From: Octopus sinensis
Lineage: Eukaryota
NCBI RefSeq assembly: GCF_006345805.1
Contig: NC_043013.1
Coordinates: forward strand, 45,384,001 to 45,448,000
DNA: 64,000 nt
Reading direction: 5' to 3'
This document shows, one piece after another, positions 24,200 through 37,038 of the stretch (the stretch's first letter is position 1; the number at the start of each line of letters is the position of its first letter). The notes under the pieces are model-generated. The model was not told where the DNA came from. It worked only from the letters and a program-made list of their open reading frames with translations, and did not search any database. The translations under genes were made by a program, and so were the position numbers.

Positions 24200-25485
24200 T
24201 CAATCCATTTTATACCCTACGTATCACTTATTAATACGCAAAGCACAAATCCTATTTCTTTCAGAAATACAAACCTCTCAACCATTATCTATATCTCACC
24301 TCACCCCTTCCTGAAGTTATCATCCTCGGTCACTTCAACATTCATATTTCATGGTATTCTAACTCTTCTTAAATTAATGGAACTGGTACAAACCTCGACC
24401 TTCTACATTAATTAATGTTATCACGTACACACGGACATCCCAAATATTCTTTCTTACCTCCCAAATTTCAAGGATTGCATTGACATTAATAACATGTAGC
24501 CCCTATCAAACCATCGCTGTCCCTGATCCTATTAATTCATCCAACCACCGCCTTTTCGTGACCACCGAACACAAACCCTCAGATTAAGCATTATCTCCCA
24601 CTTCCCGAAGCCTATTCAAGTCAGTAGACGAACCAGAAATCTTCCTGGTTTCTATCTCCGGACTCTTACAGAACAGAAGTTTTACCCTTGACCCATCAGA
24701 GATAGAAACCATCCTTTCGGGCATCTCTCGCATGGCCCCAAACCTCACAGCCCAAACCCAACAAGTGGTTCATTCTTGGCTGTGTTGCAGCAGTTCATAC
24801 TAAGAACATGACCTACAACGGTGGGGGTGGGGATGGGAAATCTCCTTCCCCTATAATCTTGATGGCTTTTACCAAGCATCCGCAATTTCTCTAAAGCCAC
24901 CATCCGAAACACGAAAGATGCCTTTGTGTAACAGATAAACGCAAGTTTTTCTGTTACACAAACCGCTGTCAATCCTTGTAGCACCTTGCCAAAAGGATTT
25001 TATTCAGCTTCTCGGAATCTTCCTTCCATAGATCTCTTAACTGAGATGGTTCTGTAAACAGTACTTCTGCAGAGGAAGACTCTATTTACTGCCTCTATAT
25101 TTACTACCCGTTTTCACTTAGCAAATTACCTCCAAAATTACCTTTTACTCCATCGTGATCCCCACAAACACAGGTTTCAAATTTTGGCACAAGGCCGGGA
25201 ATTTCGGTAGAGTGGTTAAGTCAATTATATTGACCCCAGTTCTCAGCTGGTGCTTATTTTATCGACGTCCGAAGAATGAAAGGCAAAGTCGACCTCGCTC
25301 AAAAGTAAAGACGGACGAAATGCCAATAGGCATTTTGCCCAGCGTGCTAACGATTCTACCGACTCGTTACCTCACCTACACATATATACCAAATGCAAAA
25401 GCAGTACCAGTTTCTTCAAACCAACAAAGCTACCTGTGCGAGCACACACCACACACACACACAACGCACACACACACACACACAC

Positions 25486-25544
<59 letters not shown>

Positions 25545-26020
25545 GCGCAAATTATTAAGCGAACAAGGAGAGAGATAGTGTTCACTAGATACTGGAGAGT
25601 TTTATCCCCTTCTATTACCCTTAACCAATATACCCCAGAACTCACCCCGCGCCTTGCTAAACTCTTAACTCTCTCTTTTTCTCTACTTAGATATATCTAA
25701 GATCTTTGGAAACATGTTGCAGTATGTCTCACTCTTAAGAAAGGCAACCTTCCTAACTCTGCCTATTGACGTCCAATTCATTCACTTTCAACACCTCGGA
25801 CATCACAGAGCCAGCCATTACCAACAACCTTCTCCAGTACATCCAATTCCTCTTCTTTAATGAGCACCACCAATACGGCGTTCGCAAAGCCCCTTACAAC
25901 GGAGATTTACGCTCCTGTGCCACTCACCAACAGACCCCTATCTATCATAAATTTAGGGAAAACTATATTGATACGTTTGACTTCAGCGAAGTGTTCGAAC
26001 TTGACAGACACTTAGATACT
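24200..26020 (+). pseudogene. Decayed CR1/L2/Jockey-group LINE (AP endonuclease and RT fragments)
   Basis: Manual translation gives PEVIILGHFNIH (APE, ~24310), NKWFILGCVAAVHTKNMTY (linker, ~24760), YTPELTPRLAKLL...WKHVAV..LKKG..PNSAY*RPI (RT, ~25630-25780) and HQYGVRK...GDL...DTFDFSEVF (~25870-26000). Many stops and frameshifts. Interrupted by a SINE A and (CA)n. Confidence 0.8.
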
Positions 26021-26106
26021 CATCGTCGAAATCAATGGAGATAAATTAATTTTTTTTCTTAACTTTTATGTATCCGCTCATATACTCATGTGTACATATA
26101 TGGTAA

Positions 26107-26415
26107 GTGGAGGCACATGGCCTAGTGATTAGAGCAGCGGACTCATGGTTGAGGAATCGCGGGTTCGAATCTCAGACCGGTCGATGTGTATGTTTATGAG
26201 CGAAATACCTAAGCCCCACGCGGCTCCGGCAGAAGGTAACGGCGAAACTTCTGCTGACTCTTTCGCCATCTTTTTTCTCACTCTTTCCTCCTGCATCTTG
26301 CAGCTCACCTGCGACGGACCAGTGTCTCGTTCAGGTGGGGAACCTATACGCCAAGGAAACCGGGAAACCGGCCCTTATGAGCCAGGCATGGCTCAAGAAG
26401 GAACAAACAACAAAC
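26107..26415 (+). mobile_element. tRNA-derived SINE family D (second copy 41011-41322)
   Basis: Head GGAGGCACATGGCCTAGTG.TTAGAGC...GGTTCGAATCTC, V-domain-like GCGACGGACC.G.GTC.CGT.CAGG, tail GAAACCGGGAAACCGG. TSD ACATATATGGTAA. Confidence 0.88.
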
Positions 26416-26984
26416 AGACATATATGGTAAAGGGTAAAGACCCCCTTAGGTCATGAATGACCATTGAATTGCACCCAGAAAGTTCTTCTCCGAGGTACAA
26501 GTCTCGGCAAGATTGTTCATGGATGACCAGCAGTCGCCCATGCATACCGGACTTCCCTCTCCGCACCACCGATATCATCCAGGGGAAAGGCAAAACCCAA
26601 TACAGCTTGGCACCAGTGACACCACAACTCATTTTTACAGCTGAGTGAACTGGAGTAACGTGAAATAAAGTATCTTGCTCAAGAACACAACACACAGCTC
26701 GGTCCGGGAATCGAAATCACTACTCCATGATTGTGAACCCGACGCTCTAACCACTGAGCCATGCGCCTTCGCACATATATGGTAATATATATGGTATGTT
26801 ACCTTTTATGCGCATTCATTGCGTAGACATGTGTATATATGTATACACATCCACCCACATAGCCACTCGTGTACGTAGGTATACACTCTGACATGCATGT
26901 CTATTTGAAAATGCGGGTATGAGTAATATTCTATAGCTGTACATTCGTGTGAAAATGTGAAGAGTTTAGTGGTTTATACGTAGT

Positions 26985-27002
26985 TTATATATATATATAT
27001 AT

Positions 27003-27087
<85 letters not shown>

Positions 27088-27110
27088 CTGTATATATGTA
27101 TATGTATATG

Positions 27111-27150
<40 letters not shown>

Positions 27151-27154
27151 TAGT

Positions 27155-27185
<31 letters not shown>

Positions 27186-27217
27186 ATATATATATATCTG
27201 TATATATGTATATGTAC

Positions 27218-27249
<32 letters not shown>

Positions 27250-27350
27250 ATATATTATATATATATGTTATATATTATATATATATATATATCTATATAT
27301 TATAATATATATATATTAATATTTACATATAAATATATATATATGTTACA
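26985..27350. repeat. Long (TA)n microsatellite (similar tracts at 9170-9350, 32060-32410, 44240-44378, 50780-51205, 54185-54270)
   Basis: Direct reading of the sequence. Confidence 0.97.
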
Positions 27351-28084
27351 TATGGTTGTTTTTGTGTGATGTGTGTGTATGTTTGTATCATCTCCAGCTT
27401 TCTAGTGACACCCAAGCCTTGACATTGTTGTTTATTTAAAGCCAAACAACAGAAACTTTTTTTTTGCTTTCTTCTTTACATTCCAGAACAAACCCTTCTT
27501 TCTATGACAAGAAACAGCAAAAAAACAAAAAAAAAAACCAAAACAAAACAAACAAAAAACAACAAAAAACGAAAAGCAAAAACAAGAAATGCCGCGCGAG
27601 CTATGGTTGTTTCTGTACGAGAAGACGTGAGATTTAGTTATGGAGACGATTTTACGAAGAAAAACGACTGTTAAAAGATTCACTGAACAGAAGAAATTAA
27701 TGTTATTTAAATGTGTCAGTCGGTAGCCACTGGAACGTCGGATACAAGGCGTTGCGGTATATTTTCCTAGCATTTTGAGCTCTAAATTCCGTGTGATCTG
27801 TACTTTGCTTTCATTCCTTTCCGAATCCCATAACTATAAAAAAAAAAAAAAAAAAAAGGGTACCATCCCAGTGCTAGGAAAATCTTTCCCCTCTAGCTGT
27901 CCTATCCTGGACTCGCTGGGTAAAAATTAGTGGGGTCGAGAGGGTGTATGCTCGCGACTACACACACACACACGTCCTCCTGAAGTACATCTGCTTATTT
28001 CAGTATTTCAAATCCGTATGCAGATGTTATAAGTGTGTGAGGTATGCATAAGAGTTGAAATTACTGGAAAATATTTTCTGCAGG

Positions 28085-28398
28085 GTGGCACTCCGTCGGT
28101 TACGACGACGAGGGCTCAAGTTTATCCGATCAACGGAACAGCCTGCTCGTGAAATTAAAGTGCAAGTGGCTGCGTACTCCACAGACACGCGTACCTTTAG
28201 CGTAGCTCTCAGGGAGATTCAGTGTGACACATAATGTGATGAGGCTGACCCTTTGAAACACAGGTACTACTCATTTTTGCCAGCTAAGTGGACTGGAGCA
28301 AGGTCTTGCTCAATGACATAATGCGTTGCCGGGAATCGAACTCACAACCTTACGATCGTGAGCCGAATGCCCTAACAACTAAGCCATATGCCTTCACT
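28085..28398 (-). mobile_element. tRNA-derived SINE family G
   Basis: Head GTGAAGGCATATGGCTTAGT.GTTAGGG...GTTCGATTCCCGG. Shares CTCCAGTCCACTTAGCTGGCAAAAATGAGT with family E. Distinct tail ending GTAACCGACGGAGTGCCAC. Confidence 0.75.
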
Positions 28399-28561
28399 TT
28401 CTGCGTAGCTTGCTTACCAACCACATGGTTCCGAGTTCAGTCCCACTGCGTGGCACCTTAGGCAAGTGTCTTTACTATAGCCTTCGGCCGACCAAAGCCT
28501 TGTGAGTGGATTTGGTAGACGGAAACTGAAAGAATCCCGTTGTATGTATGTATATATATAT

Positions 28562-29134
28562 TGTTACGCCGCCACGCAGGGCCCACGGCCTTACGATGCC
28601 ACCACTGGCCCTAAGTCGCGACGGCGACGCTCAGCAAACCGGAAATCCACCACGGAAAGCGGATGAAAGCGGCAAACGCAGCCAGGAACCAACACAACGA
28701 CAGCAAAAGAAAGAGACACAGCGGAAGTTGCGTAATTTAACAATTTGTTTTTCAAAAACAAAATCAAAGCATTCCAAAACAAAGGTTGACAAATCACATG
28801 CAGAGTTCGAAGAACAATCAATTGCATTTAAACATAATACAGAGTTCGAAAAACAATCATTTAACATTTGACACAATACTGTTCGATTTTCTTTTTTTTT
28901 TTTTTTTCAAGACACATCGTTTTGTTTACATTTGGCACAAAGTTCAAAACCAACAGTCTCTTAGAGTTCCAAGTTCTCTTTTTCTTCCTTTTCTTTTCTT
29001 TTAAAAACAGTCCACAACACGTTTTTTCCCTCTTTTCTTTCTCTTTCTTTTTCAAACATTTAAACATCGAAATTCAAAATAATATCTAAACTAGAGACTG
29101 GGAAATTTTTGAGTACTATTTCTTCACCATTACA
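28562..29134. mobile_element. Possible solo LTR inserted in the microsatellite of a SINE C
   Basis: Starts TGTTACG and ends CATTACA (TG...CA with imperfect short inverted ends). SINE C head lies before it and a SINE C-like tail after it. No convincing TSD. Confidence 0.4.
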
Positions 29135-29213
29135 CATGTTTCGTTTGCTAATACACACATACATGCATATGTGTTTATGCACATATCAATATATATATAT
29201 ATTATAATAAAAT

Positions 29214-29257
<44 letters not shown>

Positions 29258-29529
29258 ATGGCTTAAGTATGTATGCATGCATGTATATGAGTGAGCGTGT
29301 CATTGTGTTAGTGATTGTCCACCGCCACTTGTTGACAACCGGTGTTGGTTTGTTATGTCACCGCAGCGTAGCAGTTCGACAAAAGTAATCGATGCAATAA
29401 GCGTCAGATTTAAAAGTAAGTTACTGGCGGGGGGGTCATTTTTTTTTCTTTTTTGAATAAACCCGTCAAAGTAGTGCCCTGTCATGTCCGCAGTCTGATG
29501 ACTGAAAGAAGTTAAAGATATAGATAAAA

Positions 29530-29790
29530 GTGGAGGCGCGTGGCTTAGTGGTTAGGGTGTCAGCATCATGATCGCAAGATTGTGGTTTCGATTCCTGGAC
29601 CGGGTGACGCGTTGTGTTCTTGAGCAAAACACTTCATTTCACGTTGCTCCAGTCCACTCAGCTGGCAAAAATGAGTATCGCTGCGATGGACTGGCGTCCC
29701 GTCCAGCTGGGGAACACATACGCCACTGAAACCGGGAAACCGGGCCCATGAGCCTGGCTAGGCTTTTAAAGGGCGCATTTATTTTTATTA
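29530..29790 (+). mobile_element. tRNA-derived SINE family E (also 34725-34982 -, tail 35170-35230)
   Basis: Head GGAGGCGCGTGGCTTAGTGGTTAGGG, V-domain-like GCGATGGACTGGCGTCCCGTCCAG, tail CCATGAGCCTGGCTAGGC. TSDs TATAGATAAAA and TCATTATAAAGATAA for the two full copies. Confidence 0.9.
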
Positions 29791-30322
29791 TTATATAGAT
29801 AAAAACTTGGCTGAATAAAGGAGTTATGCCCCAAATATAGCAGGGCCTTGAATATTACAGAGATTAATAGATTTAATGTTCCTGCTTAGACAGTGCTAAA
29901 TATACAACTGTGCAGAAAGAAAAAAAAACAGGGTACAAGTGAATTACATGGACCGGAGTTTCTGAGAAGATGGAATTGGAATAAATTCTTTTACACTTCA
30001 CTCAAAGAAGGGCAGCACCATCCCAAAACTTTTTCTCTATTTTTTCATTTAAAATTACCAATAGAGAATCTTACTTTTCACGTGAGAGAGTACATGTATA
30101 CGTGTAAGTATGTAGGTCAGAGAGTAGATTCAATCGGCAGATATTTTGAAAGGCAAAGCAGCCTCGGATTACCAGGTGAATGATCCGAAATGCGTGACTC
30201 GGAGTACTGGAATTATGTGCCTTTCAGTTATAATATGCTAAAGAATATTCTACATGTATGAATGGCTTCCAGTGAATCAAAGATACACACGCACACAATC
30301 ACGCATACACAAACACATACAT

Positions 30323-30354
<32 letters not shown>

Positions 30355-30531
30355 GCACGCTTGCACACACACACATACACATTCTAGCCTTGACCATTCT
30401 GTTGGTTTTTATATGAGCATGAAAACCATGTCTATATCATCCATTATGACCTTTTTTTAAGACATTCAAATGTGTCTGTGTGCATATGTTGAAGGAGAGA
30501 TGGAGGAAGAAAGAGAGAGACGAAGAGATAG

Positions 30532-30575
<44 letters not shown>

Positions 30576-30771
30576 TGGAGTAGAACTTGTCTGTGAGTCA
30601 GAGTTTCGTTGGGTGCTGTGAGTATTTACCAATAAGTCGGAGAGCCTTCTTCTGGGGACTGTTTTATAAGGTTGATAACATAATTGTTTATTTCTTTGTC
30701 GCCCCAATTTCTTATATTTCGTTTTTGGGTTTGGCTTGCAAGATTCTTTATGTGAGTTCGTGTGTTGAAGC

Positions 30772-31037
30772 ATATTCTGTTGTGTCTGGGGAGAGTCATT
30801 TTCTTTTTGTGCCTTATGATGTCACACACTCACCGGTAAAATTTCCACTTATTTCTTATTTGAAAAGGTTTCTTATTTCTTATTTGAAAAGGTTTGAAAG
30901 GACTATTGAAAAGGTTGCAAGACTCAACGAAAATTTTAGGAAAATGAAAATAAGAAATAAGTGGAAATTTTACCGGTGAGTGTGTTACATTATAAGGCAC
31001 AAAAAGAAAATGACTCTCCCCAGACATAACAGAACAT
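30772..31037. mobile_element. ~265-bp foldback element with ~90-bp inverted arms (half copy at 46785-46925)
   Basis: 30772-30862 is the reverse complement of 30948-31037. Spacer holds a short tandem duplication and a variant hammerhead-like motif. Confidence 0.8.
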
Positions 31038-31995
31038 TAATAATATATTTTAATAAAAGAAAAAAAACCCACCTAGTTTCAGATATGTTATTGTTGGTTA
31101 ACCATAAGTTTACTCTGATCGAAAAGATGTATGATCGAAAGCATCTCAGCAATGACCATCACGTCTTATTTCAGACATATTGTACCTCGGACTATGTAAC
31201 ATATCCTCAAAAGAAATGACAAAAAAACTCCAAAAGATAGAAACACGACAGTTTGCGATTTTGAGATAAATTTAGTGCTATGTCTAGCAGCTCGAACGAC
31301 CACGTAGAGGCACCTGTGTTAGGACGTATCACGTATAAGTTGCAGATATCAAGATAAATCATTCGATTTGAAGCAAAAAACCCAACTACAAAAAAGATTT
31401 TGACAGCAACATCACTTGCATCCTCCAATTTCATATTTTCTTTCTTCGGTGTATGTCTACACTCATTAAAATATATTTCATCTTAACGGGTGTGGAGTTT
31501 TAGGAAGAACGGCTTCAAGATATCTTATGTTGAAAATAACTGAAAATCTTACCTTACATAGTCCTACTTATGGAGGACTTGTGGTGGTGGTGGTGGTGGT
31601 GGTGGTGGTTGTTGGTGGTGGTGGTGGTGGTGGTGGTTGGTGGTGGTGGTGGTGGTGGTGGTGGTGACGGTGGTGGCGACGGTGGCGTTGCAGTTGGTTT
31701 GGTTTATCGGAAATATTAATTGTGTTGTTAGAAAATGTGTTTGGCATTTCGTTACGCAGTTTGGTAAGGTAAATTCTGAAAATGTATGTGGTGGATATAG
31801 CTATGCACACTCACACACACACACACACACACAACGCACTCTCACTCTTTCCCCCCACCCCCTATCTCCCCTTCATATATGTGTATGTACACGTACACGT
31901 ATATAACTGTAACTATGTATCCAAATATATATACATATAGATATATTTATGCGGATATATATGTGAGTCTGTGTGTGTGTATGTATGTATGAATG

Positions 31996-32026
<31 letters not shown>

Positions 32027-32227
32027 TCATGCATGTACATGCATACATACATACATACATATTTATATAAATATATTATATATATATATATATATACATA
32101 TGCATACATATATATCATATACACACATCCACATAAAGACATACGAATGAATATATTTCTATATATTAATATAATACACAGATATATGTATGTGTGTTTG
32201 TATACGTATTTATACATATATACATAC

Positions 32228-32264
<37 letters not shown>

Positions 32265-32299
32265 CGCGCGTGTGTATATATATATGTATGTATATATAT

Positions 32300-32336
<37 letters not shown>

Positions 32337-33829
32337 GATATATATATATATAATATATATATATTATATATATATATATAAATATTATATTATATATATA
32401 CATATATATACGTACATACATACACACACATTCGCACACACGCACACACGCATATATTCATACACATGCATACAGATACACACACACAAACACACTCACG
32501 GAGCAAATTATCGTACAAGGAAGGAGAAAAAAGTGCCCAATAGATATCGTAGAGTTTTATCCAATTATTAAATTATATTTCGTCTTTACAGGAGTGGATC
32601 TTTAGGTGAGAAGTTTAAAGATATCTTATGTTCAAAATATCTGAAAAATCTTACCTTATATAGTTCTACTCATGGACACTCAGCTTAAGAATAATGGGTT
32701 AAAGATATTGGCTGTTGTTGCCAATGTTGCTGCCGTCGGTATTGGTAATGGTAGAAAGTTTGGTTTTCGGAAATCGTAACTGATTTACTGAGAATGTGGA
32801 ATTCAAAAAGCGTGAAACTCAGAGTATCGGCTAACAAAAATGTTCATCTTCCAATAAGTAGTGTATGTATGTGTGTGTATTGTTAGTATATGTATTGCCG
32901 CAAAGGGAGAGGCATTTCCTCGCAGTGGACGAACAACTACAAAATGATAGGTGGTGGTAGTGGAGGGGAGTTAACCTGAATTTTTCGCTTGTAGATAATT
33001 ATATGTAGAAATGGATGCTTCTTTTATATATTTAAAAAAAAATTGATTGTTTAATCTTTTCATTCGCTCGCTGTCCTGTAAAGTTATCTGTGAGCATAAA
33101 CCAAGAGGTACAAGCATAAAAGATGGGCACGTTCAATGTCGGCGAAAAATTGCCCATAGAACGACGCGAGCCCGCTCATGTTCCACTGGCGGCAATCAGA
33201 ATTTAATTTGTTTTGAGTTGAATTAAGAATGGGTCATTTTTTTTTGTTTGTTTTCTCCGTGCGCGTCCATTGATCCTCGGGGGAGTATCACATTAACGGA
33301 GTAACGTCTAGATTATTTTGTTCTTCGCCTATTCGACCACATTTCTACAAAACTCGTCATTCAAAAAATGAAACCAAGTCTTGAGATGTTAATAGACCTT
33401 GGAATGCTATTGTACCAAACTAAAAATAAAATAAAATAAAATAAAATATTAATAATAATTAGATATGAAATGAATGCTAAAAAGCATTAAGGCGGCGAGT
33501 TGGAAGAGTTGTTAGCACGTCAGGAAATATGCTTAGCGGCATTTCGTCCGTCTCTACGTTCTGAGTTCAAATTCCGCCGACTTTGCCTTTTATCCTTTCG
33601 GGGTCGATGTAATCGACTTGGATCCACACACAAAACTGCTGGCCTAGTGCAAATATCTGAAACCAGATATTAAAAAGCACTAATAAAAAAAAAATTCAAA
33701 CATCAACGCACACAAACACACGCATATACATACATACATACATACATACATACATACATACATACATACATACATACATACATACATACACACATACATA
33801 CATACATACATAGTTAATCCAAACATGAA

Positions 33830-34030
33830 AACACAAAGAGAAAACACAACAACGTGAGGACGTGGAACAAATATAGTATTATTGGACCCTCAGGAAGTAA
33901 GGGAAGAAGGAGGGTTTAACGTTTCGAGCGGAGCTCTTCGTCGGAAACATAGGAGAAGGAAAGATCCAGAGAAGGGAAGACAAAGGGAAAAAAATCGCCA
34001 ACGGTACACACGCGGTTACATTTTGAATAC
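33830..34030 (-). mobile_element. PLE-like pseudo-LTR fragment with variant hammerhead motif (33914-33948)
   Basis: Minus strand reads GTTT-CCGACGA-A-GAGC-tcc-GCTC-GAAAC-GT-T-AAAC. Flanked both sides by (CATA)n. Confidence 0.55.
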
Positions 34031-35336
34031 ATACATACATACATACATATATGCACATAGATATATACGTACATGCATTTATACAATCATACATACTTAT
34101 GTTAATGTTAACGAACGGAAGAAGTACTCAATACGGCTAGTAGAGTATATATAATTTAATTTGATCAACCGGAACCAAATTGGTTGAAGCTATAAAAAGA
34201 TTCATCAAATGTAAAATACAGTTAAACTCATTGAAAGGGTAACAGCACGAAAAATTTATGATAAACTCATCAATATTTGACTAGTTGATTAGTTAACAAT
34301 CAGTATGTGCATTTTTTTTTTGCAGTATAACCCTCCCCAAATCAGCTATATCAATAATCAATATCAATTCCACATCTGGCCAAATACTTACGGAATTTAT
34401 TTCGTCTTTACGTTGTGAGTTCACATTCCGCCGGAGTCGACTTTGTCTTTCGTCCTTTCGGGGTTGACAAAATAAGTACTTATTGAGCACTAGAGTCGAT
34501 GTAATCGACTTAATCTCCCTCCTGAAAATGCTGGCTTGTGCCAAAATTTGAAACCAATATTAATTGTCCAACTTATAGTTCCTTGTTTAGGTTTAGTTGT
34601 ATTGTTCAACAACAACACAAATACAAAATGTTTATTTATGCCGATGTTTAATGCAAAGCATGCCAATTGGAACAATCCCGATTGACGCTTTAAACAATGT
34701 AATGCATCATTATAAAGATAAAAATAAAATAAATGCGCCCTTTTAAAGCATAGCCAGGCTGATGGGCCCGGTTTCCTGGTTCCCATGGCGTATGTTTTCC
34801 CAAGCTGGACGGGACGCCAGTCCATCGAAGCGTTATTCATTTTTGCCAGCTGAGTGGACTGAAGCAACCTGAAATGAAGTGTTTTGCTCAAGAAAACAAT
34901 GCGTCACTCGGTCCAGGAATCGAAACCACAATGTTACGATCATGATGCTGACACCCTAACCACTAAGCCACGCGCTTCCACTCTAAGCCACGCGCCTCCA
35001 CTTTAAGCCACGCGCCCCCACTCATTATAAAGATAATCATTTAATTGTTAGTTCTGTGAAAACACAAGTTCCGGCATTCCGTCAGAGAAACAAGGAAGCA
35101 TCACAGAAAGTTAAATATATCAAGGTTTAGAACAAAAAAATGGAACACTACCAGAATCTCAAATAGCCATAGAAACCGGGAAACCGGGCCCATGAGCCTG
35201 GCTAGGCTTTAAAAGGGCGCATTTATTATTTATTACAATAATTACTAACCAAGTACAGAGAACGATAGAGCACCTTATTCAGGATTTCGCCAGAATCGGT
35301 TTATTATTCAGACGATATTTTCATAGAAGCGATATA

Positions 35337-35540
35337 CGAAAGGGTGCTGAAAAGTTCCTGGTTTGGGGCAAAAGAAAATACAGGAGGATCAGTTAATTAT
35401 GACTTTTTTCAACATACTCTCCTCTCAGATTCATACACCTATTGCAGCGGTTCTTCGGTTCTTCTAAACCATGTAAAAGAACTCGGAAGGTTGGGCCTCC
35501 AATCATGCCTTTCGCGACACCCTTAAAGCCAGGAACCTTT
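35337..35540. mobile_element. Mariner-derived non-autonomous fragment
   Basis: TA then CGAAAGGGTGCTGAAAAGTTCCTGG at the left. Partial inverted copy GCCAGGAACCTTT at the right. Confidence 0.6.
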
Positions 35541-36671
35541 ATGCGAGTGAGTCACATTCGCAATTAAAATAACTAAGCATCAACCATGTTCTTAAAGAAG
35601 TCCGCAGGTTTCGGTTTGGGATTTGATTTGCATTAAAACTCCAGCATTCTTGTAGTCGTCATTAGCTAAATTAATATAATGAAAATAGTTCATACCATTA
35701 GTGAATTCCTAATGGAAGGATACATTGTACAACATGTTTGAAGCCAAAACTTTAAAGAGAAAAAAAAAACGAAGATAAAAAAATGGTAAAGATACTCCGA
35801 CAAAGGTGCATGGCTCAATGGTTAGAGCGTCGGGCTCACAATCATGAGGTAGTGAGTTTGATTCCCGCACCGGGCTGTGTGTTGTGTTTTTGATCAAGAC
35901 ACTTTATTTCACGTTGCTCCAGTTCACTCAGCTGTAGAAATGAGTTGTGACGTCACAGGTGCCAAGCTGTATCGACCTTTGCCTTTCCCTCGGATAACAC
36001 TGGTAGCATGGAGAGGGGAGGCCGGTATGCATGGGCAACTACTGGTCTTCCATAAACAATCTTGCCCAGACTTGTGTCTCGGAAGATAACTTTCTAGGTG
36101 CAATCCTATGGTCATTCATGACCTAAAGGGTCTTTACCTTGGGTATCCCAAAAATAAATGGGATACCCACCACCGAAATGTATTTGATTGTAGTTCTACT
36201 CAATCAGGATTGGCCTTGGGTTAAACAACAGCAACAACAAAGACGATATAATGATTTCTCACACAGACCTGAAGACTAATGAAATAACCACTTCACAGAT
36301 TTAGTTAGTTACGCTGTATGATTCTAGTATCATTATCGCAATATTATTATTAGTCGATGTTACAACGGTATTATTATTACTTAAAAGAAAACTGACTTTG
36401 GTCACTCATAAAAAAAAAAGGCACATAAGTCAGACGAAAATTAACGGATATAATCGGACCTAACCGGATATATCCGAACTTTATTCTCGCTTTGGATCAT
36501 CAGCTGCTAGTACGAACAGAGACATCGGCTGCTAGTCCGAATAGAAACATTAGCGACTGCAAGTTTTCTCTATTGGTTTCAAGCAGATTTTCAACTGATC
36601 ACACACACACACACACACACACATGCATGTATTATTAATGCGTATGAATTTGTGTGTGTATTTATATAGAA

Positions 36672-37038
36672 CTAGCACTATGACCCAGCAATGCCGGGTC
36701 ATAGTGCTAGTGTACGCATATACAGCTGCGAGCGTGCGCACATACACGTGAGTACTGTCCAAATCTCCAACCAATCACATACAGCTAGCTGGCATTCAAT
36801 TGGCGTATCAAGTTTCGGGCATTTTGATTGGGTTTTGGATAGAAAATTCACAAAAAAGTCACTTCTATTGATTTTTTTAATGGCTTTGCGGGGTGACTGG
36901 GGAAATGTAAAGATGTGCACGGCCACCCTTGGACGGTTTTGAATGACCATAGAAAGTGCGAGCCCTCTAACTGAACAATTGTGGATTTGTATAAAGGACA
37001 CACACACAGACATTTTACCGTTTATATATAGAGAGAGA
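36672..37038 (-). mobile_element. Non-autonomous Helitron
   Basis: On the minus strand it begins TC(TCTCTCTATATATAAAAC) after an A and ends CTAG before a T. 3' hairpin present, no TSD. Confidence 0.85.

Noticed and set aside
29530-29610. tRNA-like sequences at SINE heads (also 26107, 35803, 41011, 43520)
   Set aside because: They have A and B boxes but run straight into SINE bodies and lack a proper acceptor stem, so they are not tRNA genes.
36268-36295. CTGAAGA-ctaat-GAAAT motif (and CTGAAGAAG at ~45459)
   Set aside because: No stem II or stem I pairing.
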